Shown here one piece after another: positions 1-14,700 of a DNA stretch of 64,000 bases. This DNA is from Eledone cirrhosa (Eukaryota). Positions within the stretch are counted from its first letter, which is position 1. Every line of letters begins with the position of its first letter. The notes beneath the pieces were generated by a model that saw only the letters and a program-made list of their open reading frames with translations, had not been told where the DNA came from and did not search any database. The stretch covers positions 17,546,001 to 17,610,000 of the forward strand of contig OZ024740.1 in the NCBI GenBank assembly GCA_964016885.1. The letters run 5' to 3'. A program made the position numbers and the translations under genes.

Positions 1-354
1 CGATGCTATAGTTCACCAAATGTGATATAAAATATATTGAAATAACTGAAATATTTTTATAAGCAAGATCTGAAGAGTAAATTTTTGAAATTTGATCTTC
101 AACTGATTGTAATATAATTTGATGAAAAACAGAAACAGATCTTTGTTTCCATTTACAATTTAAATTGCGCTAGCATTTTCCTGACCCCCACCCTTTCTCT
201 GTCTAATCTCTATCTATCTATCTATTTATCTTTTCCTTAGCATTTTGGATGAATTCAGTTGGCTTGCTTGTTTGGTTCTGATTTCTTTGTCAGGTGTATC
301 AGTCTAGAAATCACTTTTGTATATTTACTTGTACACACACACATATACATTTAC

Positions 355-522
355 TTGGTGGATTGGCAGTATCGGTAGAGGGTCGGACGCCATGCTTTCC
401 AGCATAGTTACGTCCCTTTACGATCTGAGTTCAAATCCCGCCGAGGTTGACTTTGCCTTTCATCCTTACAGGGTCGATAAAATAAAGTACCAGTAATGCA
501 CTGGGTAATTGCTGGCCTTGTG
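355..522 (+). mobile_element. SINE family A (tRNA-like head, Nin/Deu-like core)
   Basis: B-box-like GAGTTCAAATCC and core GCCTTTCATCCTTACnGGGTCGATAAAATAAAGTACCAG; more than 12 copies in the window. Confidence 0.8.
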
Positions 523-589
523 CATTACTGGTACTTTATTTTATCGACCCTGTATATATGTTTGTGTGTGTGTGTATATATATATATAA

Positions 590-1140
590 TAATAATAATG
601 AAATATTGTGTACAGTGCTCAGGTGCACTACAACTCATCAAAAAGTGTATGTATAGTACATAGGGTAATGTACAAACGTCAGGAAAATGAACAGTGCATG
701 AGTCATGATACACACGTGTGCATGTGTATGGAAGGGGGACATCAGGTGTAGGTTTGGCGTATTTCGGGAAGCATGAGGGTTTTAAAGGATGCAGTGTCTC
801 GGCAGCTAACAACTGACGCAGGCAGTTTGTTCCATGCTTCAGCAACTCTGAGCGTGAAAAAATGTCTACGAAAGTCATGGGAGCTGTGCTGTTTTCTGAT
901 TTTGTAGGCATGTCCACGTGTGTTAGACACATGGAGATCAAAAAGGTGCTCAGGGTAGTTGTTGGCGAGATGGTTAATAACTCTGTGGGTATTTACCAAG
1001 TCCATTGCCAGACGTCGGAGCTTCAATGAATCCATGCCCAGGGAAGCAAGGTGTTCAGAGTATGGAGGGTATGCGCTTGGTTGCACGTCTCTGAACAGTT
1101 TCCAGGCGGTCAATGTTCTGAGCAAGATGGGGGTTCCAGA
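590..1140 (-). mobile_element. CR1/L2-group LINE 3' end
   Basis: LASLGMDSLKLRR...NTRGHAYKIRK...FFTLRVAEAWNKLPASVV typical of a CR1-like ORF2 C-terminus; (TTA)n tail. Confidence 0.85.
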
Positions 1141-1407
1141 CTATAAAATCAAATACATGCCTTGCATACTTGTCCTTCTTATTGCATCTGGAACCAAGAT
1201 GTCTTGTTTTCTAATTTCTCTGTCTTCTCCATTTTTTCCTCTTTGTCAGGATGAAGAGCTGTTTTTTTTTGTCATATATTTTCAGAGATGTTCTTGTCAC
1301 ACGAAAAGTATCAAGAATATTTAACAAATGCTTATGTCTCTACTTAAACTCATCTCAGTTAATTTTTCATCTTTTCACCACTAACTCTGCTTTCCATACT
1401 CATCTGT

Positions 1408-1496
<89 letters not shown>

Positions 1497-4400
1497 CACT
1501 CTCTCTCTAACCTGACTGGTATTTGACTTCTTTTCTCTTTCTTCCTTTTTCTTGTCCTCTAAAAATATCCTCTTTTCCTTCTGTATTCTTTTCCGGTGAA
1601 GGACCATCGTCCAAAATGTTAAGACATATTTTTTAATTCCTTCCTGTAATGTGATGGTTTTTGGTACTGTCCATTCATGCTTATGTATGTATGTATGTAT
1701 GTGTGTGTGTGTGTGTGTATGTATGTGTGTTTATATATATGTATGTTTATATATATACAGGAAGGGTTGCTGAAATGTTTCTGGCTTGAGGTAAAAGAAA
1801 ATACAGGAGGATCAGTTATGATTTTATTCAATATATTCCCCTCTGATTCACACACTTATTGCAGCAGTTCTTCGGTTTTTCTAAGCCCTGTAAAAAGAAC
1901 TCAGAAGGTTGAGCCTCAAACCAGGAACTTTTCAGCCCCACCCGCCTTTATATTTGTAGATTTTAAGCCCCACTTTCACCATCACTGGTTTTTAGATATC
2001 TGCAATATATTCACCTGTAGATGTCTACCCTTTCTAAACTCTCTACTGTATATCCCTAACATACTTTCCCCTCTCCTTTCTCTCTGCTTATGTAGATTGA
2101 GGGGGCGTGTGTGTGTATTATACTTCTTTGTTTGTATATGTGTGTGTACATATATGTATATATATATATGTGTGTGTGTATATATATATATATAATGATG
2201 TATATTTATTTATATATATATAGAGAGAGAGAGAGATATATAGAGGCAGTCTCATTAACTTGTTCTCCCTCTCAGCAAAGATTCAATGTATTTATAAAAC
2301 ATACAAACAAGTCAAATAATTTTTCTGCCATTCTTATGAATAAAAAATAACAAAAAGAGCAGCCACTCTCTCCTCTAAGTAATCCTTTATCTAGAAAACC
2401 ATTAAAAAAAATTTTTTTTTTTATATACAATTTTTTTAACTTTTACAGTTGAAAGGGAAAAAATGCCAAAAAAATAAAGTAAATAATAATAATAATGATG
2501 ATGATTAAAAAAAAATTATAAAACACATTCCGTGTGTCTGGACTTCCATTTCCAGCAAATTCCACCCTACCATTTTCACAGACTCTGTCTTCACCAACCG
2601 ATCACCTCTTAATAATTGTTTTCTCATTCTTCACGTTATATATGTATATATTATATATATATAATGTCTATATACATATACATACATCTCCTACACATCC
2701 ATTTCCCTTAAACCTTATTTATTTACTTCAGAACAACAACAACAACATGAAAAAGAAAGGAAAAAAAGAAAGAACAACAAAACCAACCAGAAAAAAATCA
2801 AAAAATCAATTTAAAAAAAAAATGCAGTAAAAAATATATATATATATAAAAACTGTTGGCAGGTTTTTTAAGGCCTCGAAATAAAGTTGTACATCATTGC
2901 ATTGAGTTTGTTTAGATTTACTACTACTACTACTGTTACTACTACTACTGCTACTACTGTTACTACTACTGCCTTTGTCTATGTCTGGTTAATGTCCTGT
3001 CTAATTTGTATCCAGTCACACTTCTCTCTCGTCTAGAAGACAGTATTTTGTATGTTGTGTCTTAGAAACACAGACATACACTCAAACAGATTACCAACAC
3101 ATACTCAAATGCACTAACAATACACATACACACAATTGCAACACACATTAATACCAACACTCAAACACTACCAATACACATACACAGTACTCCATCTTCA
3201 GTAATATTTTACATACCAAATATTGTATGTATATGTTTGTATGTGATATATATATGAAATGTTTTATGTTTATGCAGTATATGGTGTATATTCTTATGAT
3301 GCATGTGTGTCTAGAGGTAAATTAGTTGGATTAGAATTCAATCTATTCCAAGTATTTGTGTTTCTGGGATACAACACTGTTCATCCAGCTGTAATGGCAG
3401 CAAGATAGGCAAAGTCATGTCTCAGTGACTGGAATCTTATCCAAGAGATTAAATCTCTTCTTCATATTTAATGCTACAGGAAACAGTTAAATATTTAACC
3501 CTTTAACATTTACATTTCTATATGTTTACTATTGTATTTTCATGGTAAAAGCTTTATCTCACATAATATCAGAGCCACAAGATGTTGATGTTATTTATTT
3601 TTAGAACAATACCTTAACATTGGTATGAGTGGCTGATTATGGCTGGATTGATTAGAAAGAGGTGAGAGAATTTAAATGTTAAAGTGTTAAACTCTAGATT
3701 TTACTTATTTATGAAAAAGTTAACTTTTTTTATTGAAAAATTATTTACTGAGTTTGTTTTGTGATATTTTGTGTTGCAATACTTGTGTCCCCTCTTTCTT
3801 TTTTCATGTTGTTGTTTAACCCCAGGTAAACCTTGGCAAAGGAGAACTATATAATCAAAGGTATTCTAGAGGTGACATTTTTACCTTTTTCTTGCTTGTA
3901 TCTCTGGAACCTGTGTATATTCTCATGCTACTATGGACCTGCTTTTAGAAATTTCTCTCCAAGTTGCAGGTTTGGACGAAATATTTTCTTATGCAACCAG
4001 CAATTCCTCACACATCCTCCATACATTTCTCCTCTGCTCCATGCCACAGGTGTTGCCCAAGGAAAAGCCAAGAGCTGATGTAACTCGGTACCAGCATCAG
4101 TGCAGGCAAGCTACCACAAGGCAAACAGCTGGAATAAATACTGCAAAGCATCATGTCTGATTCTCCCTCAATTTCCCCAATCCACCTGGGTTACTGTTTT
4201 GTTAACCCTAAAATAATGAAATGCAAAGTTGACTGTGGTAGGATTTGAACACTTATACAACTCCTAATTTGCTGTCTATTTAAGGTGTGAAGGACTACAT
4301 TATATCGTGTATCCTTCCCTTTGTAAAACAATGAGTGATATTTAGCTGCTGAATTGGGTGTTTATGCTTTTAGAATATATCCAATTTACAGTTTATCTGA

Positions 4401-5608
4401 AGGATGTCGCTGATCTATTCAGACCAGTGTTTTTAACTTAAACACTAGTCTAAATAAATCAGTGTAAAATAATAATTCCTCATTTCAAAAGTTAGACCAA
4501 GTTGTTTGTTAAGAGCTATTCATGTAATTTGAAGTTTGTCAGTTAAAACTTGGCTTCACACATATCTTAGCTCTCAGGAGACAATGGTTGTCTCCATAGT
4601 GGCTGTCACGGTTTTAAGACTGATAGCTTATGATCTACCTCTTACTATGTACTCGGGTTTTTTTCCCCTCAATGGTTTGGTCAGGGGGAAGAACGTTTGA
4701 GCCCATGGCTATCACAGGCTCTCCAAGACCAGTGTATTTGGTGTAGCTAACATTCTTTTTAAACAGTTGCCAAGTTAAGGCAACAAGAAGAAACATGGGC
4801 AGGGATGGACTTCCAATGTGATGCTGTTCTGGAGAGGATAGACTGGGTGTAATGGTTGTGGGATTTGCATGACTTCAAACATTCTACTTCGCTGGAATGT
4901 AGTAGGAGCTTTGTTACACAATGTCATCTTGATACTGTTTCTAAAATATATTCCTGTAATTTGAATATGTTAAAAAAAAAGGATATATTTAATGTTTCAT
5001 GGCCAAAATTGTTTGTTATTGTTTTTAGGTTTTGTAACGCCTTAAAAACTAGATATTCTCATCTGGCATATCATTATTCCGCCATTCCCCACTGCTGATA
5101 AAAATAACTGTTTAGACAGTCCTTGCTTTTCCCCCTTTCCCTATACATTGATTGACACATGTTGCGATGAAAGATCTCTTCCCTTTCTAGAACAAAATAA
5201 ATAAAATAAAATGCCTTCATAATTGATGAAATAAGTACTAGTTAGTGTTACACTATATATCTATTTATTTATTTATTCATTATTTAATATATAACTAGCT
5301 GTTTAACGTAGTTCAGTTTGAATATCAGAGTAACCTCCCCCGTCTATGACAGTTATCTCCCCTGACGCTGAAAATCTTTTAAGTATAGAGGAGATTCACC
5401 TGTTCGACGATTATCTCTTTTTAATGTTGACAGACTGGAAATACAAAACTTGCTTTTTGAATGGAGGACACCAGTCTGGTAGTCCTTATCAGCTGAGTGA
5501 ACTGGTGGAGCAACATGATATGAAGTGCCTTTTGCAAGGACTCAACGAAAAGGTTAAGACATGTTTTCTTTCTACCTCTTAAGATTAGAAATTGAAGATG
5601 AAGAAATA

Positions 5609-5800
5609 ATTGTTTCTACTTTTGGCACAAGGCCAGCAATTATTGCAGTGTATTACTGGTACTTTATTTTATCGACCCCCCCCCCCCCCCCATAAGGATG
5701 AAAGGCAAAGTTAACCTCGGCAGGATTTGAACTCAGACCATAAAGGGCCGTAACTCTTTGCTGCAAAGCATGGCGTCCAACCCTCTACTGATACTGCCAA
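5609..5800 (-). mobile_element. SINE family A copy
   Basis: Reverse complement of the family A consensus. Confidence 0.78.
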
Positions 5801-6431
5801 GAAATAATGTTTAAACATATCCCTTGGACCGTCATTAGTTGGCGAAATTTGTTTCAGGAATGTCTGTTAGAGAATCCAACAGCTCATAGACCTAGTCTGT
5901 AAAAATAAATCGGTATATATATATATATATCAAGGTATAAATTAAGTTAGAAACTCAAAATAGTCTCTTATAATTAAATAGCTCAAAGAAAGGCTTTTCT
6001 GAGCCGTGTAATATAATTGAATATAGAAGAGAGCTAAACATACATGTAGAGCTAATTTAAATATCCTGTAAACTTGGCTGCTATTTTTAGTAGCGTATGT
6101 GACTGTTTAGATTCTGATACGTTATTTTATATTCGCACACTATTCAGTCTTCTGAGATACTTAGAAGTGAAGGGTTTACTAATTTCACGCCCACTGAAGA
6201 GCAAAGAATTGGTAATTTCCTTTGCTAAAATTGCGAAACAGCCACCAAAGCTGTCTGGGTGTTCCGGCAGTTGCCCAATATAGGTTTGTATTTCTTTTTC
6301 TTGATTTATTATTTTAAATTGAGTCTGGCAAACCCTATTGTTAATAGTTTTTTTTTCACCATTGCGAACTTGGTCCCTTACGATTTGAACACATGTATGT
6401 TTATATCTGTGTTTATCTCTCTTTTATATTC

Positions 6432-6466
<35 letters not shown>

Positions 6467-6929
6467 ACACACAAACACCAACCAACCTGTCAGAATGTTA
6501 TCTTATATATGTGTATATATATACACACACACACACACCTTGGTGATTTCCTTTTTACCTAAATGAAAACAAAAATAGATATAAAATACAACCTTTCAAC
6601 ACTCAGTAAAATTGACATGAAACGAAATTTTAATACAGAATACGTTATCGTAGTTGTGGTAAATTCACCTTCATTTTCAAATTTTACACTAGTGAAAAGA
6701 AGAAGAAAAAACTACAGTCCTTTAAATTATGTTTAATAATTTTTTTTAAATCCAGCTAAATTACGAAAATGTTATATTATATTTTCAAAATATATTAAAA
6801 CATACATTTCATTAGAAATATATTGATGAAAGGTTTTATCCACAGTTGTATAAATAATATTAGAAATATGTTTTAAATATATACATAAATAACATTCTAA
6901 GTTGCTCTCAATTCATTGAGAGAGAGCTT

Positions 6930-7650
6930 GGTTTGTCAGTTCCTGTTACTGATGAGGATAGACAGAAGCAGAGAGTATGGGATTAACTGCATTCGAGGGC
7001 AACTTTTAAATCTCTTTGATCATTCCGATCAATTTTCTAGGTGCTGCTTACTTTCTGCAAGGGCCATGTTCTCTGGGGACTGGATTGATGCCCTGCTTGT
7101 GGCCAACATTGGTGGCCTTCTCAGTCAGGACGAGATGTAGCTGTGGTAGGTCACTCGACTCCACAGGTTTACATGGTTTGTCCTGCAACCTGAATGCTGG
7201 TCGTTTTGCCCGCCACAGTGTGTTAAACCTGATCATCAGACTCGGGTAAATATCCCCTCAGTTCTGGAGCTGGCTGGTTTGAGAAGTGATGGGAAGAGAC
7301 CAGACATCCTTACCCTTTGTCCCTGGGTAAGAGGTAGGTGTCTTATCTGGGGACACCAGTCAGTGACTCTTTTGAATCCTCCCACATCATGGATGCTGCA
7401 GTAAATGTGGGGTCACTGCTTCCATCACCGAACAGAATAAAATTTGTAAATACCTGGATTTATCCAGTAATTATTTTTTCCAGCCTGTGGAGTTGGGCCG
7501 TTGACAGAGAAGTTATTATCATTGCTAGCAGCTCACCTTACCGAGGTGTCAGGTGATGTCCGTGAGGGTGCTTGGTTGTTTCAGCCCCTTAGCCTTGCCA
7601 TTGCCCGTGGCAGTGTTGCGAGTGTGTTGGCTTGCCTCAAAGTATTTAGT
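6930..7650 (+). mobile_element. Degraded C-terminus (CCHC knuckle plus restriction-like endonuclease) of a CRE-like non-LTR retrotransposon
   Basis: [27 protein letters not shown], then across frameshifts [10 protein letters not shown] and [12 protein letters not shown]. Confidence 0.7.
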
Positions 7651-8534
7651 TAACCCTTATGATGTGATGTGTGGTTGATTGTCATCATCATCTTTTTCTT
7701 GTAGTGGGGAGATAATCCTCAAACACTCCCTTCAGCAGGTCCTGTCAGAAGCAACCTTCTCAAACTGATCTGGCTGGATCCCCAATTGAGACCAGCTAAG
7801 CTCATGGATGTTATCCAGCCATTCTTTCCTGAGACATTCTAACCATATGCCCATATTATCAGGGTTGTGATCTCTCAATTTGGAGAAGTAATGGCTCTAC
7901 CTGGAGTCACTAATCCCCGAACTACACTCTATTAATGTTACTCCAAAGACTTCAGAAGACCCCATTTTGGCTGCTTTTATTTGCCAACTATTTAAAATAA
8001 AATCTTCCAACATAATTATTTATAATGATCATTTGTTTCAAATATTATTTTAATCTTATAATTCTTAGTGTGATTCATCCATTTGTAACATGTTATGCTT
8101 TAGTTACATACACACACATCTACATGTAAACAGATACACAGACAACAGAAGTGTAAACACCCACACCTTTACTCATACATATTCATAAATAGACACATAC
8201 AAAATAATTATTACATACACATCTATGTAATGATTGAGGAAGGAAGGGGCTGGGAAATGCTATAGTGATAAGCGTTCCGAGATTTTGGTAAATTATTAAA
8301 CATTTGTGTTGTATTCTGATCAGATTTTTAAAAACCATTTAGTGAAGGAGGAGGACAATGTCTACAACCCTTTATTTTTCTCAAGTCCTCCACCCATTGT
8401 TCTCAGCAGGAACTTTATTTTATTAACCTCAAAAAGGATAAAATGGTAAGTTGACTTTGACAGGATTTGCAGAGAGCCAGAAAAATTATAATTTGACATC
8501 TAATGTCAATTTTGTTTAAAATCATTATTATCAT

Positions 8535-9115
8535 TGGCCATATTGGTAGAGTGTCGGATGCCATGCTTTGCAGCATAGTTATGTTCTGAGTTCAAATCCC
8601 GCCAAGGTTAACTTTGCCTTTCATCCTTATGGGGTCGATAAAATAAAGTACCAGTAATGAATGCACTGTGATAATTGCTGGCCTTGTGTCAAAAGTAAAA
8701 ACAATTATTATTAGGGTGGCTGGCCTTGTGCCTAAATCATAAGCCATTATTAGGCTGGTTGACAGAATTATTAGAACATTTGACAAAATGCCTCATGGTA
8801 TTTGTTTTGGCTCTTTACGTCTTGAATTCAAATTCCACCAAATTCAACTTTGTCTTAGAAACCATTATAAATAATAAATAAAAAAATTATTATTATTATC
8901 ATGATTAGGATTAGCAGTAACAGTAGAGTATCAGGCATGATTTATGGTATTTAGTTATGTCCCTTTATGTTCTGTGTTCAAATCCCGCCAAGGTTAGCTT
9001 TGCTTTTTATTTTTCCGTGGGTCAATAAAATAAAGTATCAGTCAAGTACTAGGGTCGATTTAACTCACTTCCCTTCCTTTCAAATTTGCTGGGCTTGTGC
9101 CTAAATTAGAGATTA
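8535..9115 (+). mobile_element. Cluster of about three SINE family A copies
   Basis: Repeated GTTCAAATCCC...CTTTGC...AAAATAAAGTA motifs separated by (ATT)n tails. Confidence 0.72.
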
Positions 9116-10119
9116 TTATTATTATATAGCTATAAAGATAAACGATGATGATGAAATGAAAGCTGTTTGTTAACACTTTAGGATTTACATTACTCTGTAT
9201 TTACTATTAAATTTTCATAAAACCTCACATAATGAATCTATAAGATTTTGATATTATTTATTTTGAGAACAATACCTTAACATCAGTATGAGCAGCTGGT
9301 TACAGCCGGTTTGAACAGAAAAAGATGAGAGAATTATGGCCAGTTTAAATGCTGAAGGGTTAAAGGTATTAACCAGAAATGACTTACCTTTATCATTGAG
9401 TGAGATATGTTACAAAACTACCTGTTATATTACTGTTGATTATAAAAGTTTAGTTGCCACAACGAACACCTGAAAGTTGTTATTGTTGATGCCTTGGTTT
9501 AAAATTAATAACCAATGGAGAGACCTGCAATTTTCTCTTGTTAAAAATACCAAAATGTTAGTTAACATATCTTTGAGTTAACACTACAGATGTATTAAAA
9601 TTGATAAGCCTGTTATCTAAATTGTTTAATCATAGAGCTATGATCTAAATTCACAGAGAACTTTGATATAAACTGGTAAATCTGTTCAACTACCTGTTGT
9701 GTTAAATTATAGGGCTTTGATGTGTTCAATAATATAGCTTTGTCCTAAATCTACAGATGTGTTGATATATAATAGGGCTTTGAACTAAATATAAAGGTGT
9801 CTTAAATAACAGCTTTGAGCTAAATCTCCAGATGTGTTAAATTATAGGGCTTTTGAACTAAACCTACAGATGTGTTAAATAAGGTCATAGGTGATCATTT
9901 TGAGTTGGTTGGACAGGTTTTGTAAGGTAGTATTTTAGGGATGAATATCCTTTCTTCCTGTTACCTCTTACAACATGCAGGGACATGGTGCTTATTCTAA
10001 AACCAGGATTTAATATGGCTTTAATAAGAATGTTGTTTAAATAACACCAAATTATTACAGGAGCACTTTTAGGATCATGAATGCTCCCCATTATTGTTGT
10101 TGTTATTATAGTGTTGATT

Positions 10120-10700
10120 CTTTATGCTCTGAGTTCAAATCCCACCGAGGTTAGCTTTGCTTTTCATCCTTACGGGGTTGATAAAATAAAGTACCAGTAA
10201 CATACTGAGGTTGATTTAATCAACTTTCCCTCCCCTAAAATGACTGGCCTTGTGCCAAAAGTAGAAATTATTATTGAGGGCGGTGGATTGGCAGTATCGA
10301 TAGAGGGTCAGATGCCATGCTTTGTAGCAAAGAGTTACGGCCCTTTATGGTCTGAGTTCAAATCCTGCCGAGGTTAACTTTGCCTTTCATCCTTACAGAG
10401 TGGATAAAATAGAGTAACAGTAATACACTGGGATAATTGCTGACCTTGAGCCAAAAGTAGAAACAATTATTATCATCATAGTTGTTGAGTGGATGTCAGA
10501 ATTGATAGAACAGCAGATGAAATCTATTCTGGATTTCCATTATATTTGACATTATGTTTTGAGTTCAACTTTACCTTTAATCCTACAGAAGTCGCTAAAA
10601 TATGTCAAATCACTGGTGGGAGTTTAACAATACTTTAATCCCACCAATCCCTTTAAAAGAACCAACAAAAACTTTGGCTTTGTCTGCAAGATAGAAATTA
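10120..10700 (+). mobile_element. Cluster of SINE family A copies (best copy 10277-10466)
   Basis: Tandem copies of the consensus with (ATT)n tails. Confidence 0.75.
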
Positions 10701-11094
10701 TTATCATCATCACCATTATGATTATTAGTTCCTCCATTCTCTCTTTTTACAGCTTTGTAAAGTTTCAACAAATATTTCAAACAATTGTTCTATTTTCTAC
10801 ATGTTTATTTATATTTTTCTTTGTTATATAATAATAATGAAAATGATTGTGTACAGTGCTCAGGTGCACTACAACTCATCAAAGGTGTATATATAGTACA
10901 TAGAATAATATAATTAATACATTGATGTTAATAAGACAACTCTTGGAAATGTCACAAAGTTGGATCTACATAATTAAACCTTTTACTATATTTCTTATGA
11001 AAGACAATGCCTATAATTTTCAAATAACTTTGAAAATATTGAGGAATTTTGAAAAATAACTGACTAGTAATATGACTAACTTTCTCATTATTAA

Positions 11095-11295
11095 CCCTTT
11101 AGTATTTACATTACTCTATATATTCTATTATATTTTCACAGTAAAGGCTTTACTTCACATAATATCGAATCTATGACATTTTGATATTTTTTATTTTGAG
11201 AACAATACCTTAACATCAGTATGAGTTACAGCTGGTTTGAACAGAGAGAGGTGAGAGAATTCTGACTGGATATGGCCAGTTTAAATGCTAAAGGG
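11095..11295. mobile_element. ~200-bp piggyBac-like MITE (TTAA target site)
   Basis: TTAA-CCCTTTAGTATTTA...TAAATGCTAAAGGG-TTAA; other copies at 3499-3686, 9174-9359, ~59155-59375. Confidence 0.78.
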
Positions 11296-11754
11296 TTAAA
11301 ATTGATGTTTGGAACATAACTTAAATGTTCTTGAAATTAGGATGGAATGGATTTTAATAAATATAAACACTTTGAAACAAACAATTTTGTATCAGAATGA
11401 AAGGCAGTTTGGCGAAGAGTGAAATTTTGATGGTTTCATTCTCTTCCAGCTTCGTGTAAAGTCTGAGAGTTGTTATGAGGCTGTCAGCAGTGGTGCCATA
11501 ATTTCATCATATTCTCATCAGTCAGTTTTAATGCTTCAAGTGGGTCTACTGCTATATTAATTAAATTTAATTAAGTTGAAGGTAGAGGAGTAGTAGGAGG
11601 AGCAGATCTCTATCACCCTCCTCCTCCCCCTCCTTATCATCATCATTGGTTTGTTTCTGGAAAATTTACCACAAACCTTTTTTTTTTAAATTCCATCCTT
11701 CTGGTTCTGTCACAACTTACAGAATTTCTGTCTTCTCAGAAATATTCATCATAT

Positions 11755-14700
11755 TCAACAACAACACACCCTTATTTATCATCATCATCAACAACACACC
11801 CTTATTTATCATCATCATCAACAACACACCCTTATTTATCATCATCAACAACAACACACCCTTATTTATCATCATCATCAACAACACACCCTTATTTATC
11901 ATCATCAACAACAACACACCCTTATTTATCATCATCATCATCAACAACACACCATTATTTATCATCAACAACAACACACCCTTAGTCAACCATCATCATC
12001 AACAACACACCCTTATTTATCATCATCATCATCATCAACAACACACCCTTATTCAACCATCATCATCAACAACACACCCTTAGTCAACCATCATCATCAA
12101 CAACAACACACCTTTATTTATCATCATCAACAACAACACACCCTTATTCAACCATCATCATCAACAACACACCCTTAGTCAACCATCATCATCAACAACA
12201 ACACACCTTTATTTATCATCATCAACAACAACACACCCTTATTCAACCATCATCATCAACAACAACACACCCTTATTTATCATCATCATCATCAACAACA
12301 CACCCTTATTTATCATCATCAACAACACACCCTTATTTATCATCATCAACAACACACCATTATTTATCATCAACAACAACAACATACCCTTATTTATCAT
12401 CAACAACAACACACCCTTATTCAACCATCATCATCAACAACAACACACCCTTAGTCAACCATCATCATCAACAACAACACACTCTTATTCAACCATCATC
12501 ATCAACAACAACACACCCTTATTTATCATCATCATCAACAACACACCCTTATTTATCATCATCAACAACAACACACCCTTATTTATCATCATCATCAACA
12601 ACACACCATTATTTATCATCAACAACACCACACCCTTAGTCAACCATCATCATCAACAACACACCCTTATTTATCATCATCATCATCAACAACACACCCT
12701 TATTCAACCATCATCATCAACAACAACACACCCTTAGTCAACCATCATCATCAACAACAACACACCTTTATTTATCATCATCAACAACAACACACCCTTA
12801 TTCAACCATCATCATCAACAACAACACACCCTTATTTATCATCATCATCAACAACAACACACCCTTATTTATCATCATCATCATCAACAACACACCCTTA
12901 TTTATCATCATCATCAACAACAACACACCCTTATTTATCATCATCATCATCAACAACACACCCTTATTCAACCATCATCATCAACAACAACACACCCTTA
13001 GTCAACCATCATCATCAACAACAACACACCTTTATTTATCATCATCAACAACAACACACCCTTATTCAACCATCATCATCAACAACAACACACCCTTATT
13101 TATCATCATCATCAACAACAACACACCATTATTTATCATCAACAACAACAACACACCATTATTTATCAACAACAACACACCCTTATTCAACCATCATCAT
13201 CAACAACAACACACCCTTAGTCAACCATCATCAACAACAACACACCCTTATTCAACCATCATCATCAACAACAACACACCCTTAGTCAACCATCATCAAC
13301 AACAACACACCCTTATTCAACCATCATCATCAACAACAACACACCCTTATTCAACCATCATCATCAACAACAACACACCCTTATTTATCATCATCATCAA
13401 CAACACACCCTTAGTCAACCATCATCATCAACAACAACACACCCTTATTTATCATCATCATCAACAACAACACACCCTTATTTATCATCATCATCATCAA
13501 CAACACACCATTATTTATCAACAACAACACACCCTTATTCAACCATCATCATCAACAACAACACACCCTTATTTATCATCATCATCAACAACAACACACC
13601 CTTATTCAACCATCATCATCAACAACAACACGCCCTTATTTATCATCATCATCAACAACACACCATTATTTATCATCAACAACAACACACCCTTATTCAA
13701 CCATCATCAACAACAACACACCCTTATTCAACCATCATCATCAACAACAACACACCCTTATTTATCATCATCATCAACAACAACACACCCTTATTCAACC
13801 ATCATCATCATCAACAACACACCCTTATTTATCATCATCATCAACAACACACCATTATTTATCATCAACAACAACACACCCTTATTCAACCATCATCAAC
13901 AACAACAACACACCCTTATTTATCATCAACAACAACACACCCTTATTCAACCATCATCATCAACAACAACACACCCTTATTTATCATCATCATCAACAAC
14001 AACACACCCTTATTCAACCATCATCATCAACAACAACACACCCTTATTTATCATCATCATCAACAACACACCATTATTTATCAACAACAACACACCCTTA
14101 TTCAACCATCATCATCAACAACAACACACCCTTATTTATCATCATCATCAACAACAACACACCCTTATTCAACCATCATCAACAACAACACACCCTTATT
14201 CAACCATCATCATCAACAACACACCCTTATTCAACCATCATCAACAACAACACACCCTTATTCAACCATCATCATCAACAACAACACACCCTTATTCAAC
14301 CATCATCATCAACAACACACCCTTATTCAACCATCATCAACAACAACACACCCTTATTCAACCATCATCATCATCAACAACACACCCTTATTCAACCATC
14401 ATCAACAACAACACACCCTTATTCAACCATCATCATCAACAACAACACACCCTTATTCAACCATCATCATCAACAACAACACACCCTTATTCAACCATCA
14501 TCATCAACAACACACCCTTATTCAACCATCATCAACAACAACACACCCTTATTCAACCATCATCATCAACAACAACACACCCTTATTCAACCATCATCAA
14601 CAACAACACACCCTTATTCAACCATCATCAACAACAACACACCCTTATTCAACCATCATCATCAACAACACACCCTTATTCAACCATCATCAACAACAAC

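Noticed and set aside
355-445. tRNA gene-like A/B boxes
   Set aside because: SINE heads continuing into core and tail; no complete cloverleaf
1250-2900. Possible plus-strand small exons (e.g. 1761-1790) and 3' UTR with AATAAA near 2880
   Set aside because: Splice-like signals exist but no recognisable protein or consistent frame; cannot be supported from this window
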